Below are positions 45,093 to 55,879 of a stretch of DNA of 64,000 bases, piece after piece (the first letter of the stretch is position 1; every line of letters begins with the position of its first letter). Under the pieces are notes generated by a model, which was not told the origin of the DNA, made no database searches, and saw nothing but the letters and a program-made list of their open reading frames with translations. A program made the translations under genes and the position numbers. This DNA comes from an uncultured cyanobacterium (GTDB lineage: Bacteria > Cyanobacteriota > Cyanobacteriia > Cyanobacteriales > CAWUOF01), in the NCBI GenBank assembly GCA_963744145.1, contig CAVUSO010000001.1, forward strand, positions 4,246,459 to 4,310,458. Reading direction: 5' to 3'.

Positions 45093-46424
45093 CTATTGGG
45101 CATAGATAAAGGTATTATCCCAAACGTAATCTATAATCTTTTTCGCTTCATCGAGTGATGGAACTAGGCAATGCCCATCACGATCGTAAGTTAGCATAGA
45201 TACTTCTTCCGGACTAGCTTCATCTGTACCATCCTTGATGATTTTACCAGTTATACTTTGTAAATTGCCCAAAGGACCATTAATATCAAAGTCAATTTTT
45301 GTGCCTAACTTGCTTTCCATCCATGTTTCAATTTGGTTATCTAATTGTTCTGGAGTCAAGGGTGTTTTGCTAGTCATTAGGTGATAATAAACCAGGATAA
45401 TTTCTTTACATTCTTCCTCTTCTGCGGCATCAATTAAGGAACCAAAAACACTAGCATTATTAGCTAAATTTCGGAAGAAAAGAGTATCGGACACTTTTTT
45501 TTGAAATTTGATTTTCTTGTAATTGTAGTTGGTGTATTGTCTGACACCTACTCCACCCAATGTGACTACCAAGGACAATGCTGCTACCAATATGGGCATA
45601 ATATTCTGGACATTTTCTTCGCTGATATTTGTGTTGAGGAAATTAAGATTTCCGAAAAATATAAACAAGATCACTCCGAGAATGAGTAAAAGTTGTGGTA
45701 AAATTTTCACCACTACTGAAATACCTGCCCCCACAGCAGGAATGAACAGAAAAAGACGATCTTTCCATGTCATGCTGATTTTGATATTGGGAAACAAGAA
45801 TTCCAAGTCAAATTTGGGAATATTTTTGTAGAAGTAGATATATATTTTCCCTGGCACAAAATTGAGCTTCTCGATTTTTGCCTTTTTTGACTCAAAATAA
45901 GTAGCATCTTTGAACTTAAGTAACAATACTACTCTTTCAAAAGTGTCAATCGTCTTTTCTACTTGTTTCAAAAGTTTCTTGATAGCAGCTTTCTTCTGAC
46001 TATCTCCTTGATAGTAGCAAATAATCCGGTCATAGTCATTAAAATCAATGTTTGTCTTGAGTTCAAGTAACGAGTTTTCTTCCAAGGCCCGTTGTAACAT
46101 TTCTTCAGGTAAGCGGATATAATTTGCTCTTTCCATTAGGGTTTCAAAAGTGGAAACTACTTTTGCTTCCATCTGAGCTTGCTGTTCTGGGGTAGGTAAA
46201 ACTCTTAACTTGGTATCAGAATCTGGATTAAAGGGAAAAAAGTTGTCCTTTAAAATTTCTAGAGTCTGATGTAACTGAAAATGGTAATAAGCGGCTAATA
46301 TTTCGCAGAAATCCCGAAACTTTTGGACATCTGCGTCAGCTAATTGGTTATCTTGAACACAGATTTCGATCAGATCGGAGCGACGATAGGGGATAAAAGC
46401 TTCGCGGTCTTGATAAACTGCCAT
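45093..46424 (-). CDS. DUF3754-like membrane protein
   Basis: MAVYQDREAFIPYRRSDLIE... followed by two central TM helices. I prefer the ATG at 46424 over the longer ORF starting at 46496. The family call is from memory. Confidence 0.5.
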   Translation of the reverse strand: MAVYQDREAFIPYRRSDLIEICVQDNQLADADVQKFRDFCEILAAYYHFQLHQTLEILKDNFFPFNPDSDTKLRVLPTPEQQAQMEAKVVSTFETLMERANYIRLPEEMLQRALEENSLLELKTNIDFNDYDRIICYYQGDSQKKAAIKKLLKQVEKTIDTFERVVLLLKFKDATYFESKKAKIEKLNFVPGKIYIYFYKNIPKFDLEFLFPNIKISMTWKDRLFLFIPAVGAGISVVVKILPQLLLILGVILFIFFGNLNFLNTNISEENVQNIMPILVAALSLVVTLGGVGVRQYTNYNYKKIKFQKKVSDTLFFRNLANNASVFGSLIDAAEEEECKEIILVYYHLMTSKTPLTPEQLDNQIETWMESKLGTKIDFDINGPLGNLQSITGKIIKDGTDEASPEEVSMLTYDRDGHCLVPSLDEAKKIIDYVWDNTFIYAQ

Positions 46425-46652
46425 AATACTTAATCTGTGAATAGGAAGAATTGAAAAATTGTTGTAGTTGTTAGCATAAACAATTATGGATACCAAAAAT
46501 AGTGATTTTTTGGCCCAGAATGGCGATCGCTACCTAAAACCTGTCCCAAAAACTTGCACCTCAGATTCGTGACGGCGATTTTACTTCCTTAGAAGTAATT
46601 GTAGAATTTTCAATTTCCCTAGGTATAATCTATGATTTTTTTAGAGAAAATA

Positions 46653-46876
46653 TAGAATTTTCTATAGGTGAGCATAGAATTTTCTATAGGTGAGCATAGA
46701 ATTTTCTATAGGTGAGCATAGAATTTTCTATAGGTGAGCATAGAATTTTCTACAGGTGGACATGCAATTCCTTATAGATGAGCGTAGAATTTTCTATAGG
46801 TGACCGTAGAATTTTCTACAGGTGAGCGTAGAATTTTCTATAGGTGAGCGTAGAATTTTCTACAGGTGAGCGTAGT
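46653..46876. repeat. 22-bp tandem repeat, 10 units, each containing the palindrome TAGAA-TT-TTCTA
   Basis: The unit tagaattttctataggtgagca starts at 46653 and recurs every 22 nt to 46872. Degenerate units lie upstream from about 46601. Confidence 0.9.
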
Positions 46877-47268
46877 TCCAAACAAGGTCTCCTGGAAGGT
46901 TAGATGATTTTATCTATGCTGTGGCCGAACCAATATTTTATTTGAGGAAAAAATAATGGTAATCAGTAACTTAATTGGGAACATAATAGCTGGGGGCACC
47001 AGCATAATTCATCTGAGCGACTCTGTCCCAATGTTAGTCTGGAAGATATTCCTGAATGGTTCGTTGTTAGCCCAACATGTTGATGTCGATTTGTGGGCAG
47101 ATGTCCAAAATTCCTTTAATAATTTTGTCCAAAGTGGCCAAATCTGGGCGATGCTAGTTGGTTTCTTTTTAGGATATTTTATCCGAGGTATGTATACCAT
47201 CGGTTAATTAGGTAATGAGAACCATTACCATTGAGGATGGGATCAGGTAATCTTAAAACATAGCAACT

Positions 47269-48657
47269 GTGACTGAAAAAAAAACTTGGAGTCAAAGGTT
47301 TGAAACGGTGCTACATCCCGCGATCGCCCGTTTCAATGCGAGTATTAGTTTTGATCTAGAATTAATTGAGTATGATCTGACTGGCTCAATCGCCCATGCT
47401 CAGATGTTAGCCAAAACAGGGATTATTTCCCCGGAAGAAGGAAATCAGTTAGTTGCAGGATTAGAACAAATTCGTCAAGAATATCGGTCTGGACAGTTTC
47501 AGCCAGGAGTAGATGCGGAAGATGTCCATTTTGCGGTAGAAAAGAGATTAACCGAAATAGTCGGTGATGCTGGAAAAAAACTCCATACTGCTCGATCGCG
47601 CAATGATCAAGTTGGAACAGATACCCGGTTGTATTTGCGTGATCAAATTGAACAAATTCGGGCTGGGTTGCGAGAATTTCAACGTGTTTTATTGCAACTC
47701 GCTGAACAAAATGTGGAGACTTTAATTCCTGGATATACTCACTTACAACGGGCACAACCAGTAAGTCTAGCACATCATTTATTAGCTTATTGGGAAATGG
47801 CTAATCGGGATTGGGAAAGATTAGCAGATGTTTCTCGTCGCGTGAATATTTCTCCTCTAGGTTGTGGTGCTTTAGCAGGAACTACTTTCCCGATCGATAG
47901 ACATTTTACAGCAGAAAAGTTAGGTTTTGCCGCTCCCTATCCTAATAGTTTAGATGGGGTCAGCGATCGGGATTTTGCCATTGAATTTCTCGGTGCTGCT
48001 AGTTTAATTATGGTTCATTTGAGCCGCTTGTCAGAGGAAATTATTCTGTGGAGTTCTCACGAATTTGGTTTTGTGACTCTCACGGATAGTTGTGCGACTG
48101 GTTCAAGTATTATGCCGCAAAAGAAAAATCCTGACGTACCGGAGTTAGTGAGAGGAAAAACTGGTCGTGTGTTTGGTCATTTGCAAGGGATGTTAGTGTT
48201 AATGAAAGGTCTACCATTAGCTTATAACAAAGACTTGCAAGAAGACAAAGAAGCTTTGTTTGATAGTGTAAAAACAGTCAAAGCTTGTTTGGAAGCAATG
48301 ACAATTTTAATGGAAGAAGGGATAGAATTTCGCAGCGATCGCTTGCTCAACGCGGTGAATGAAGACTTTTCTAATGCTACCGATGTGGCTGATTATTTAG
48401 CAACTAAAGGAGTTCCGTTTCGGGAAGCTTATAATTTGGTTGGTAAAGTAGTTAAGACCAGTTTAGCACAAGGGAAGTTACTCAAAGACCTTACTTTAGC
48501 AGAATGGCAAGCATTACATCCAGCTTTTGCTGAAGATATCTATGCAGCGATCGCACCTCGTCAAGTAGTTTCTGCTCGAAATAGCTATGGTGGAACTGGG
48601 TTTGACCAAGTCCGAATTGCTTTACAATTTGCTAAAGAGCGAATGCAATTGTCCTAG
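47269..48657 (+). CDS. argH: argininosuccinate lyase
   Basis: GTG start. TWSQRF..., [17 protein letters not shown], and the fumarate-lyase signature [12 protein letters not shown]. Confidence 0.93.
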   Translation: MTEKKTWSQRFETVLHPAIARFNASISFDLELIEYDLTGSIAHAQMLAKTGIISPEEGNQLVAGLEQIRQEYRSGQFQPGVDAEDVHFAVEKRLTEIVGDAGKKLHTARSRNDQVGTDTRLYLRDQIEQIRAGLREFQRVLLQLAEQNVETLIPGYTHLQRAQPVSLAHHLLAYWEMANRDWERLADVSRRVNISPLGCGALAGTTFPIDRHFTAEKLGFAAPYPNSLDGVSDRDFAIEFLGAASLIMVHLSRLSEEIILWSSHEFGFVTLTDSCATGSSIMPQKKNPDVPELVRGKTGRVFGHLQGMLVLMKGLPLAYNKDLQEDKEALFDSVKTVKACLEAMTILMEEGIEFRSDRLLNAVNEDFSNATDVADYLATKGVPFREAYNLVGKVVKTSLAQGKLLKDLTLAEWQALHPAFAEDIYAAIAPRQVVSARNSYGGTGFDQVRIALQFAKERMQLS

Positions 48658-48919
48658 TTAAGCCCGATACTTAAATTAATTAGATTAGCGATCGCTATCC
48701 TAGACAAAACCAAGACCGCGGGCATTTTGGCATCGCGATCGCTCTTTCTACTGATGTCCCTATATTATTCTCTGATGAAGGTTTGAAATATTTCTAACTT
48801 TTTGCCGGCTATGCTGGTTTTATTGGAAATTGGGAGGGATCGCTTGCTCAAGCGTAGACTTTTGATATTGGGACTCTGGTTATTCTAAAGGCGATCGCCA
48901 CCTCACCCCGTTTAAATTT

Positions 48920-49162
48920 ATGCTGAAACAAATCTTGACCTTAATTTTGGTACTGGTAGCAATTACGGCAACTCTATTGTTTTTTGATATTGGCCAATTA
49001 CAAGCCGCCCAAGATTGCAATAAGTCTTACCCAGATGTCTGTATTCCTTCACCTCCTCCTGATTTGGATTGTAAGGACATAAGTTATCGCAATTTTAAGG
49101 TTTTACCTCCTGACCCACACAAGTTCGATCGGGATAAAGATGGTGTTGGTTGTGAGCGGTAG
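48920..49162 (+). CDS. secreted Excalibur-domain protein
   Basis: N-terminal TM/signal segment and a C-terminal DRDKDGVGCE calcium-binding motif. Confidence 0.7.
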   Translation: MLKQILTLILVLVAITATLLFFDIGQLQAAQDCNKSYPDVCIPSPPPDLDCKDISYRNFKVLPPDPHKFDRDKDGVGCER

Positions 49163-49310
49163 TTTTGAGATGGGGCGATCGCTATTGTCCCACACACATT
49201 AACCCTAATTTTGGTATTAAAAAGCATACATATAGGATAAGACATGAGCTAGAATAAATCAGAATGTCTGAAGTGTAAAGAATTAATCTATTACCAATAG
49301 CATCTTCACT

Positions 49311-50717
49311 CTAGTTTATACTCAAGGAAGGAAAACGAGGCATCATGCAGTAGGGACAATCTAACCATTCTAGTTGCAATCCTGCATCACAACCTTGACA
49401 GGTAAGATAGTTTTTTCGTTTAGCTTTGAGTTCTGCTTCTAATCCAGAATCCATAAATGCAACTCGTTCTAATTCTTCAAAGGTAGTATAACCTTGGCGG
49501 ACTAGGTTTAAACTGTAAGCCAGTAAGGAAACCATCCCTTCTTCTACTGCCGCTTCTTTAATCCGCTCTGTATTTGCGCCTTGGACAATTAAGGCTTTTA
49601 TTCTTTCTGTTACTTTGAGGAATTCATAGACTCCCACGCGACCATCGTACCCGCTCCCATGACATTTTTCACAAAGTTTATCTCCCATTTCCTGGCGCTG
49701 ATTACCATGGATAGTATTAGCCTTATAGAAAACTATATCTACTTCCTGAGAAGCAGATAGACCATAACGGGCTAATTCTTCTAGAGTGGGATTATAAGCA
49801 ATTCGACAGCGATCGCAAACTCGACGAACTAGACGTTGGGCTAATATACCCAGCAAAGTCCCAGACACCATGAAGGGTTCACACCCCATTTCGTCTAAAC
49901 GTGCGATCACACCGACAGCATGATTATTATAGAAAGCAGTTAAAACTAAGTTTCCCCTTAATGCTGCTTCTAATGCAGTTTTAGCTGTTTCCCGATCTCG
50001 TGTTTCTCCCACTAGGATGATATCTGGTCTTTGTCCTAAAACAGCCCGGAGAAGAACATAGGAGGTTAAGTGTTTATCACGTATCACTTGACATTGATTA
50101 ATCCCTGGTAAAGCCAATTCTATTGGGTCTTCAATAGTAATGATATTAATTCCTGGCTCATTGCGTTCGGCTAGGATCGAATACAAAGTGCTTGATTTTC
50201 CTGATCCGCTTGGTCCTGTTACTATAATTAATCCGGAGGGATGACTAGCTGCTTCTCTTACCAGGGCTAAAGTATCAGGATCTGTAATTAAATTATCTAA
50301 ACCTATTGGGGGAATCGATTTATCGAGAATTTTTAGACAAATTCTTTCCCCATAAAGACTAGGTAAACTATCAACCAGAAAGTCTACTATACGTCCTTGA
50401 AAAGTACGACGAATCCGACTAAATTGCGGTTGTCGTTGTTCCGCAATATCCATGTCGGAGATAAATTTAAACCGGGCGGTAATAGCTGGGACTACTTTTT
50501 TAGGTAATTGAAAATATTCTTGCAGTACCCCATCTTTCCGCATCCGAATCCGCATAAATTCTTCTTGTGGTTCCACATGAATTTCCGAAACTTTTTCTAC
50601 TAAAGCTTTAGCTAATATTTTGTTAACTGCATCAATAATTAATGTGGAAGAAGCTTCTGACTTCGATAGGAGGGCGTCATTATCATCGCCAAAATCATTG
50701 CCTAAAGTAGATATCAT
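49311..50717 (-). CDS. GspE/PilB-family secretion ATPase with a C-terminal Cys4 extension
   Basis: Walker A GPSGSGKSS, Asp and His boxes, the internal tetracysteine CDRC...CEKCHGSG, and an extra tail CQGC...CPYC. No other secretion or pilus genes lie nearby. Confidence 0.8.
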   Translation of the reverse strand: MISTLGNDFGDDNDALLSKSEASSTLIIDAVNKILAKALVEKVSEIHVEPQEEFMRIRMRKDGVLQEYFQLPKKVVPAITARFKFISDMDIAEQRQPQFSRIRRTFQGRIVDFLVDSLPSLYGERICLKILDKSIPPIGLDNLITDPDTLALVREAASHPSGLIIVTGPSGSGKSSTLYSILAERNEPGINIITIEDPIELALPGINQCQVIRDKHLTSYVLLRAVLGQRPDIILVGETRDRETAKTALEAALRGNLVLTAFYNNHAVGVIARLDEMGCEPFMVSGTLLGILAQRLVRRVCDRCRIAYNPTLEELARYGLSASQEVDIVFYKANTIHGNQRQEMGDKLCEKCHGSGYDGRVGVYEFLKVTERIKALIVQGANTERIKEAAVEEGMVSLLAYSLNLVRQGYTTFEELERVAFMDSGLEAELKAKRKNYLTCQGCDAGLQLEWLDCPYCMMPRFPSLSIN

Positions 50718-50902
50718 AGAATATTTTTGATGGATAAATTTTGGTTAATGTCCTGTTTACTCTATTATATCTTGAGGGGTATGATCGCTATTCTCCTGAT
50801 TGGGTTTTGGATAGGTGGGGGCGATAGCCAAGAAACCCGGTTTCTTTGCGTAAGTCCTAAAACATTGAAAAAAGCAATTACAAAGAAGGATGTCTGATTC
50901 AA

Positions 50903-51400
50903 TTATTCAATATTTTCAGGATTTTCAGGCAGATCGCTGTCAGTCGGTAAAAAATCAGGATTAAGAACTTCTTCTCCAGTAAAGGGAGACTCTGGGGGAA
51001 ATATCACAATAGATAAACCTGTTTCACCTGCGGCGAGTTCCCTAGCATCTTGATAAGATTCATTAAAAATCTCTTCAAAAAAACGATATAAACTCGGACT
51101 GGTTTTGAAGGTATCTCGGATGCGTTTACGATGTTCTATAATGGTGTAATGCCAACTATTTGTTCGTTTTCCCGGCTGATATTTATACTTGAGTAAGTGC
51201 ATGAGAAGTACCCTCAAATTACTCTTTAAAGTATTTTTATCGCTTCTCCCCATACTTTCCAGTTCCTCTAGTAAGTTTTCTAAATCTATTTCGGCAAATT
51301 TTCCCTCTTTTAATAAGTTGATAGTTGTCTTTAACCACAGATAAAAATCCTGTTCATAAAGGGATGTTATTGCAGTTGGTATTGATTTGATAGTTGTCAT
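50903..51400 (-). CDS. DUF29-family protein
   Basis: LYEQDFYLWLKTTINLLKEGKFAEIDLENLLEELESMGRSDK is the characteristic DUF29 N-terminus. Confidence 0.75.
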   Translation of the reverse strand: MTTIKSIPTAITSLYEQDFYLWLKTTINLLKEGKFAEIDLENLLEELESMGRSDKNTLKSNLRVLLMHLLKYKYQPGKRTNSWHYTIIEHRKRIRDTFKTSPSLYRFFEEIFNESYQDARELAAGETGLSIVIFPPESPFTGEEVLNPDFLPTDSDLPENPENIE

Positions 51401-51520
51401 TTTGTTTGACCCCCTTTCTCTTCTCTACACATAAGTGTAACATATTCTATAATTTATCGCGATATGGTTCAATAAACCTTGACGATATGCTGTGGCTGGA
51501 GACCAGGAGAGTACCCAAAT

Positions 51521-51748
51521 CTAAACATGATAAGCAGTAATAGCAACAGTTCCATCAGGACTGTAAATAGCTTCAATGCGTCTAAAAGTAGAATGATTCC
51601 ACCACACTTTCAGGCGATTTCCCTGAGCGGGAGCCGTACCAATTTTAGCGTAACCGGCTCCTACTAGAAGTAACTCAAATTCTGTAGATGGCAAAGTTTT
51701 TACAGTAATTTGAGGGATACCATCAAGCTGATGCGTATCAAGGGTCAT
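51521..51748 (-). CDS. hypothetical protein, downstream member of an overlapping pair
   Basis: 75-aa ORF. Its ATG overlaps the stop region of the upstream 85-aa ORF by 11 nt. Confidence 0.35.
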   Translation of the reverse strand: MTLDTHQLDGIPQITVKTLPSTEFELLLVGAGYAKIGTAPAQGNRLKVWWNHSTFRRIEAIYSPDGTVAITAYHV

Positions 51749-51995
51749 AACTACCTTGATACGTGCTATAAATCCGGTATCCAGGGAATACTAAAGCAAT
51801 GCCAATTGGACTATGAATTCTCCCCGGATAGCTTTCTTCGGGTTCACTACCTCCAATCCGAATTTTGATAGCACCTAGCCAAATGTAGAGCCCTGGAATT
51901 AAAGTATCTAAACTATAGGCGATCGCTCGCATTTGCAGATCGGCGGAATTAATCGGTTTTAAAGACTGTGGCTTTTCAGGTTTAGAAATAGACAT
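51738..51995 (-). CDS. hypothetical protein, upstream member of an overlapping pair
   Basis: 85-aa ORF. Confidence 0.35.
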   Translation of the reverse strand: MSISKPEKPQSLKPINSADLQMRAIAYSLDTLIPGLYIWLGAIKIRIGGSEPEESYPGRIHSPIGIALVFPGYRIYSTYQGSYDP

Positions 51996-52241
51996 GGAAC
52001 TGATTCCTGTGCGTTACGGTGCAAAAGCGGTCTTGTTAATTACACTTGAACGTAACCTAATCTTCATTTTTCAAGTGTTAAGCTTATGTTACTATTTTGT
52101 CGCGATGCCTGCGACTGATCTCGACTTATACCACGAAATTGTAAATCTACAGATCCCTTTTTTTGTCCATCCTCAATCAAGTCACAAACCTTTGATTTTT
52201 CCAGAGACCAGGCGATTTTAATCTCGCAACAAAAGTAATGC

Positions 52242-52733
52242 CTACGGCACGCTACGCGAACAGAATGCTGATGCTAAGGTCTTGGATGTTATTAACAAAT
52301 CAAGCTGGTTATTAAGATTATCTAAATCTGCTTCAATCTCAATTATTTTTTGATTAGCTTCAGCATTATTTTTACTCAAACCTACATCTAAAGAAACTAA
52401 AACATAATTTAATAATTCTATTATTTTATTAAGAATCTCTAAAATCTGTAACTCTATATTTTTATCTATTGGCAGTGGTACTATTCTGAATAACAAAAAA
52501 CAGTTATATAGACTAGAGGCAGATTTTAAAATACTTTCAAAACCAAATATCATAGCTCCACCCTTTATCGGTGAAGATAAAATACGCATAGGTTCGTTGA
52601 TGATCTCTGGCTCTTCATCTCTTTTATGTAGATTTCGTAAACTATTTTCAACAATTGCTAAACATTCTTTTGCATCCTCAAGAAAATATTCAATTCCTGC
52701 TCTTTTGGTCTTATTCTGGTTTTCTTTAATCAT
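52242..52733 (-). CDS. Hpt-like four-helix-bundle protein lacking the phospho-accepting His
   Basis: IEYFLEDAKECLAIVENSL....EEPEIINEPMRILSSPIKGGAMIFGFESILKSA parallels the CheA-P1/Hpt pattern (F..Ea.E.L...e..L...FR.aH.iKG.a...G), with Ser where the His should be. The 3' end runs into a dispersed repeat. Confidence 0.3.
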   Translation of the reverse strand: MIKENQNKTKRAGIEYFLEDAKECLAIVENSLRNLHKRDEEPEIINEPMRILSSPIKGGAMIFGFESILKSASSLYNCFLLFRIVPLPIDKNIELQILEILNKIIELLNYVLVSLDVGLSKNNAEANQKIIEIEADLDNLNNQLDLLITSKTLASAFCSRSVP

Positions 52734-53016
52734 AAAAAGCTGGCCGATCTAATATTTAAAATATAACTGTCTAATAGCCCATAAGACTACTGATTTGAAC
52801 GCAAATACTCTTACAGTAATATTATTTCATAACTTTAATACGATCGCACCTAATCAAATATTGAAATGCGATCGCTATTCCTAAATCCCACTAGACGGTT
52901 GATTTTAGTTGATGCGATCGCCATCTCCCCAACCAACTCCCAAACATCACTAACCACAACATCATTCACAACGCGATCGTTCTCCCAAAAATAATAATGC
53001 GATCGCCATAAATAAT

Positions 53017-54650
53017 TCAAGTTTCCGTAGCAAAATCTTCTGGGTCAATATCCCAGTTTACCCAGCGAATTGCTGCTCTAGCAGAATCAAGATCGGGTGG
53101 AACACGCAAAACGTGAATGTGAGCTGTACTTGGACAAGTCATTTTTAGTAAATGTATGGGTTCTATATCAATATTTGCATCAATCTTGAGAAGGGTATAT
53201 TCTCGATAGCGATCAATTTCGATTGCTCCTAGCTCTTGGATAATGCGATCATACCCTAGCTGCCGAATCAATATTCTCCGAATTTCAACATTTTCTTCTG
53301 TAAGTAACCATTCGGCTTTCCACTGGTTTAAATGCGTCCAGTAGCGACGTGGAAGATTGACAGCCAAAACAGTAAACCTCCAAATATTGATTGGGATGGT
53401 TAGCTAAAATAGATAAATCTTCAATGGGGTTACCATTGAGATCAAGCAATCCTAAAGACTTGAGCTGTCCTACCTCAATTGGTAAGCTGGTTAGTTGATT
53501 ATTAGACAAATTAAATCTGTATAAAGACTGGAGTTGTCCTATCTCAATCGGTAAGCTGGTTAGTTGATTATTAGACAAATTAAGTCTCTTTAAAGACTGG
53601 AGTTGTCCTATCTCTGCTGGTATGCTTGTTAGTCGGTTATCCCCCAGATAGAGCTTGGTCAAAGAATGGAGTTGTCCTATCTCTGCTGGTATACTTGTTA
53701 GTTGGTTATACCCCAAACAGAGCTGGCTCAAAGAATGAAGTCCCCCTATCTCGGTTGGTAAGCTTGTTAATTGGTTACCACACAGATAGAGTTCGTTCAA
53801 TGACTGGAGTTGTCCTATTTCTGTTGGCAAGTGTGTTAGTTTATTCCCATCTAGAAGTAGCGTTTGCAAAGAACAAAGTTTCCCTATCTCTGCTGGTAGA
53901 CTTGTTAATTGGTTGCTATTTAAGCTGAGATGGGTCAAAGAATGGAGTCGCCCTATTTCTGTTGGTAGGTGTGTTAGTTGGTTCTTGTCTAGGGATAGCG
54001 ATTTTAAAGAATGCAGTTTTTCTATTACAACTGGTATATTAGCTAAATAGTTTCCAGCTAACGAAAGTGTGGTTAAATAAGGGAGTTGGCTGATTTCGTC
54101 TGGTAGGTGTGTTAGTTGGTTATTGTCTAGGGATAGCGATTTTAAAGAATGCAGTTTTTCTATTACAACTGGTATATTAGTTAAATAGTTTCCAGCTAAC
54201 GAAAGTCCGGTTAAATAAGGTAGTTGGCTGATTTCATCTGGTAGATTTGTTAGTTGATTATTGTCTAGAAAAAGCCATTCTAAAGAATGTAATTGCCCTG
54301 TCTCTATGGATAAGCTTTTTATTTGGTTATCTTCTAAATGAAGAATCTCTTAAGTTGTGAATTTGCCATATTTCAGCTGGTAGGTGTGTTAGTTCATTTT
54401 TACTCAGGTCTAATTCTTTTAAAGAATCAAGTTGCCCGATCTCAGCTGGTAGACTTTTTATTTGGTTATCAGACAGACAAAGTTCGCTCAAATTTAATAG
54501 CAGTCCTATCTCTTTTGGTAAAGTAATCAACCCTTTACACCTGAAATTAAGTTCTGTTATATCTAAGTAATAATAACTAAGAATTATTGCTTGTACATCT
54601 TGCTCTGCCATAACCGAGCAACCATCAATTATTCCTTGTACAACTTCCAT
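53017..54650 (-). pseudogene. leucine-rich-repeat protein with a conserved C-terminal domain, split by at least two frameshifts
   Basis: ORFs 54327..54650, 53285..53938 and 53017..53367, plus open LRR-coding sequence between them, form one colinear gene of 23-aa LRRs (LTSLPxEIGQLQSLxxLxLxxNQ). The frame changes near 54340 and 53360. Confidence 0.65.
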
Positions 54651-55282
54651 ATCCGATATCTTTTTCCTTTACTTTATGACTCATTGGTAATCCTAAAAAA
54701 TGCGATCGCTGCTGATCTTTATAATTTTTTCTAATTCTGCGACTAACTGGGTTGCCTTAGTGATACTTGCGATTGCTCTCTCTGCAACTTTCACCCAAGC
54801 AGCACTAAGCATAGACTAACTCACTGGGAGAAATTTGTCTACTACTTGGCGATCGCCCACCCAAACTCAAATCTATCTAGCCCTTAATTATTTGACCTAA
54901 TGGTTTAAATGTTTCTGTACTGCGATCTCCTTTTTACCCAAGCAATAATCCCGACGATGGCCCTAGTTACGACTGTCCACAGCCAAACTTGTTTTTTTTT
55001 CCTACTGAATGGGCGCAAGAACTCTGGCCCCCGTATATGTAATTCATCGATCTGGGCGATGTCCCGAATTTCCTCATGATCGGGTGAGGGTATGCTTAGG
55101 TATATTGTTGGTTAGGGATCTTGTCGGTTATATTTATCTTGGTAAGAGGATATTTTCCCAAGTCCCTTCTTTATAAAATCCTCATCGAAACTTTACCCAA
55201 TGCTTGCAATTACCTATTGACCTACAAGTAGAAAAAAATAGATGATTAAGTCAATGAGATATTTACTGCAAGGGAAAAATCG

Positions 55283-55513
55283 ATGACACCAATATTTCTA
55301 AATGACTTAATTGACTTAATGCCAGAAATTGCTCAAGCAGAGATTAATATGGAATATGGCAGGATGGATGAGCATGAGAATATCTGGGCATCTACAATTG
55401 CTCAAAACAGTTCTAATCATCCTCACTTTGATGAAAAAGATCAGCTAAAAGTTATTTTAGATCATCTTGATCGTTCCTGGTGGATAGATCCCTTGTTAGA
55501 GTCAGATGTCTAA
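55283..55513 (+). CDS. small acidic hypothetical protein
   Basis: 76-aa ORF, followed by a good intrinsic terminator. Confidence 0.4.
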   Translation: MTPIFLNDLIDLMPEIAQAEINMEYGRMDEHENIWASTIAQNSSNHPHFDEKDQLKVILDHLDRSWWIDPLLESDV

Positions 55514-55588
55514 ATTCCTAGACTTGAACATTTTAATTTTTATTTTGTCTGACCGCAAAATCAGAATTTTTCACTATAAATATTTCGG

Positions 55589-55622
55589 TAGCCCCTTAGA
55601 CATGAGGGGCTATTTATTTTTT
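55589..55622 (+). terminator. intrinsic terminator
   Basis: Stem tagcccct / aggggcta (8 bp), 8-nt loop, then tttatttttt. Confidence 0.75.
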
Positions 55623-55879
55623 GTGAGTGGCTACACAATTGTTGATATATTTAGTTAGAGCCGTTAGATTAGAGTGTCAAATTTCACCAATATTTTTATG
55701 AATATGTTTGACATTTGGTTAAATATATGGTATAACAGCCAAAAATAGCCGTCAAAAGGAAAAATAACCAAATAAGTGGTTGTGCTAAATCTATTCTTAT
55801 CAAAAAAAAAATCCAAGATAAAATTGATTAAGTGTTTTAGTGTAAATTCGGCTTGGTCTGGTGGAGCGAAAGTTTAAAA

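Noticed and set aside
46653-46876. Possible CRISPR array
   Set aside because: The 22-bp units abut one another with no unique spacers, no cas genes are nearby, and the unit is shorter than typical CRISPR repeats.
54900-55130. Minus-strand open frame ..DHEEIRDIAQIDELHIRGPEFLRPFSRKKKQVWLWTVVTRAIVGIIAWVKRRSQYRNI*
   Set aside because: It looks protein-like with a C-terminal TM helix, but it has a stop just upstream and no in-frame ATG. It is probably the tail of a destroyed gene.
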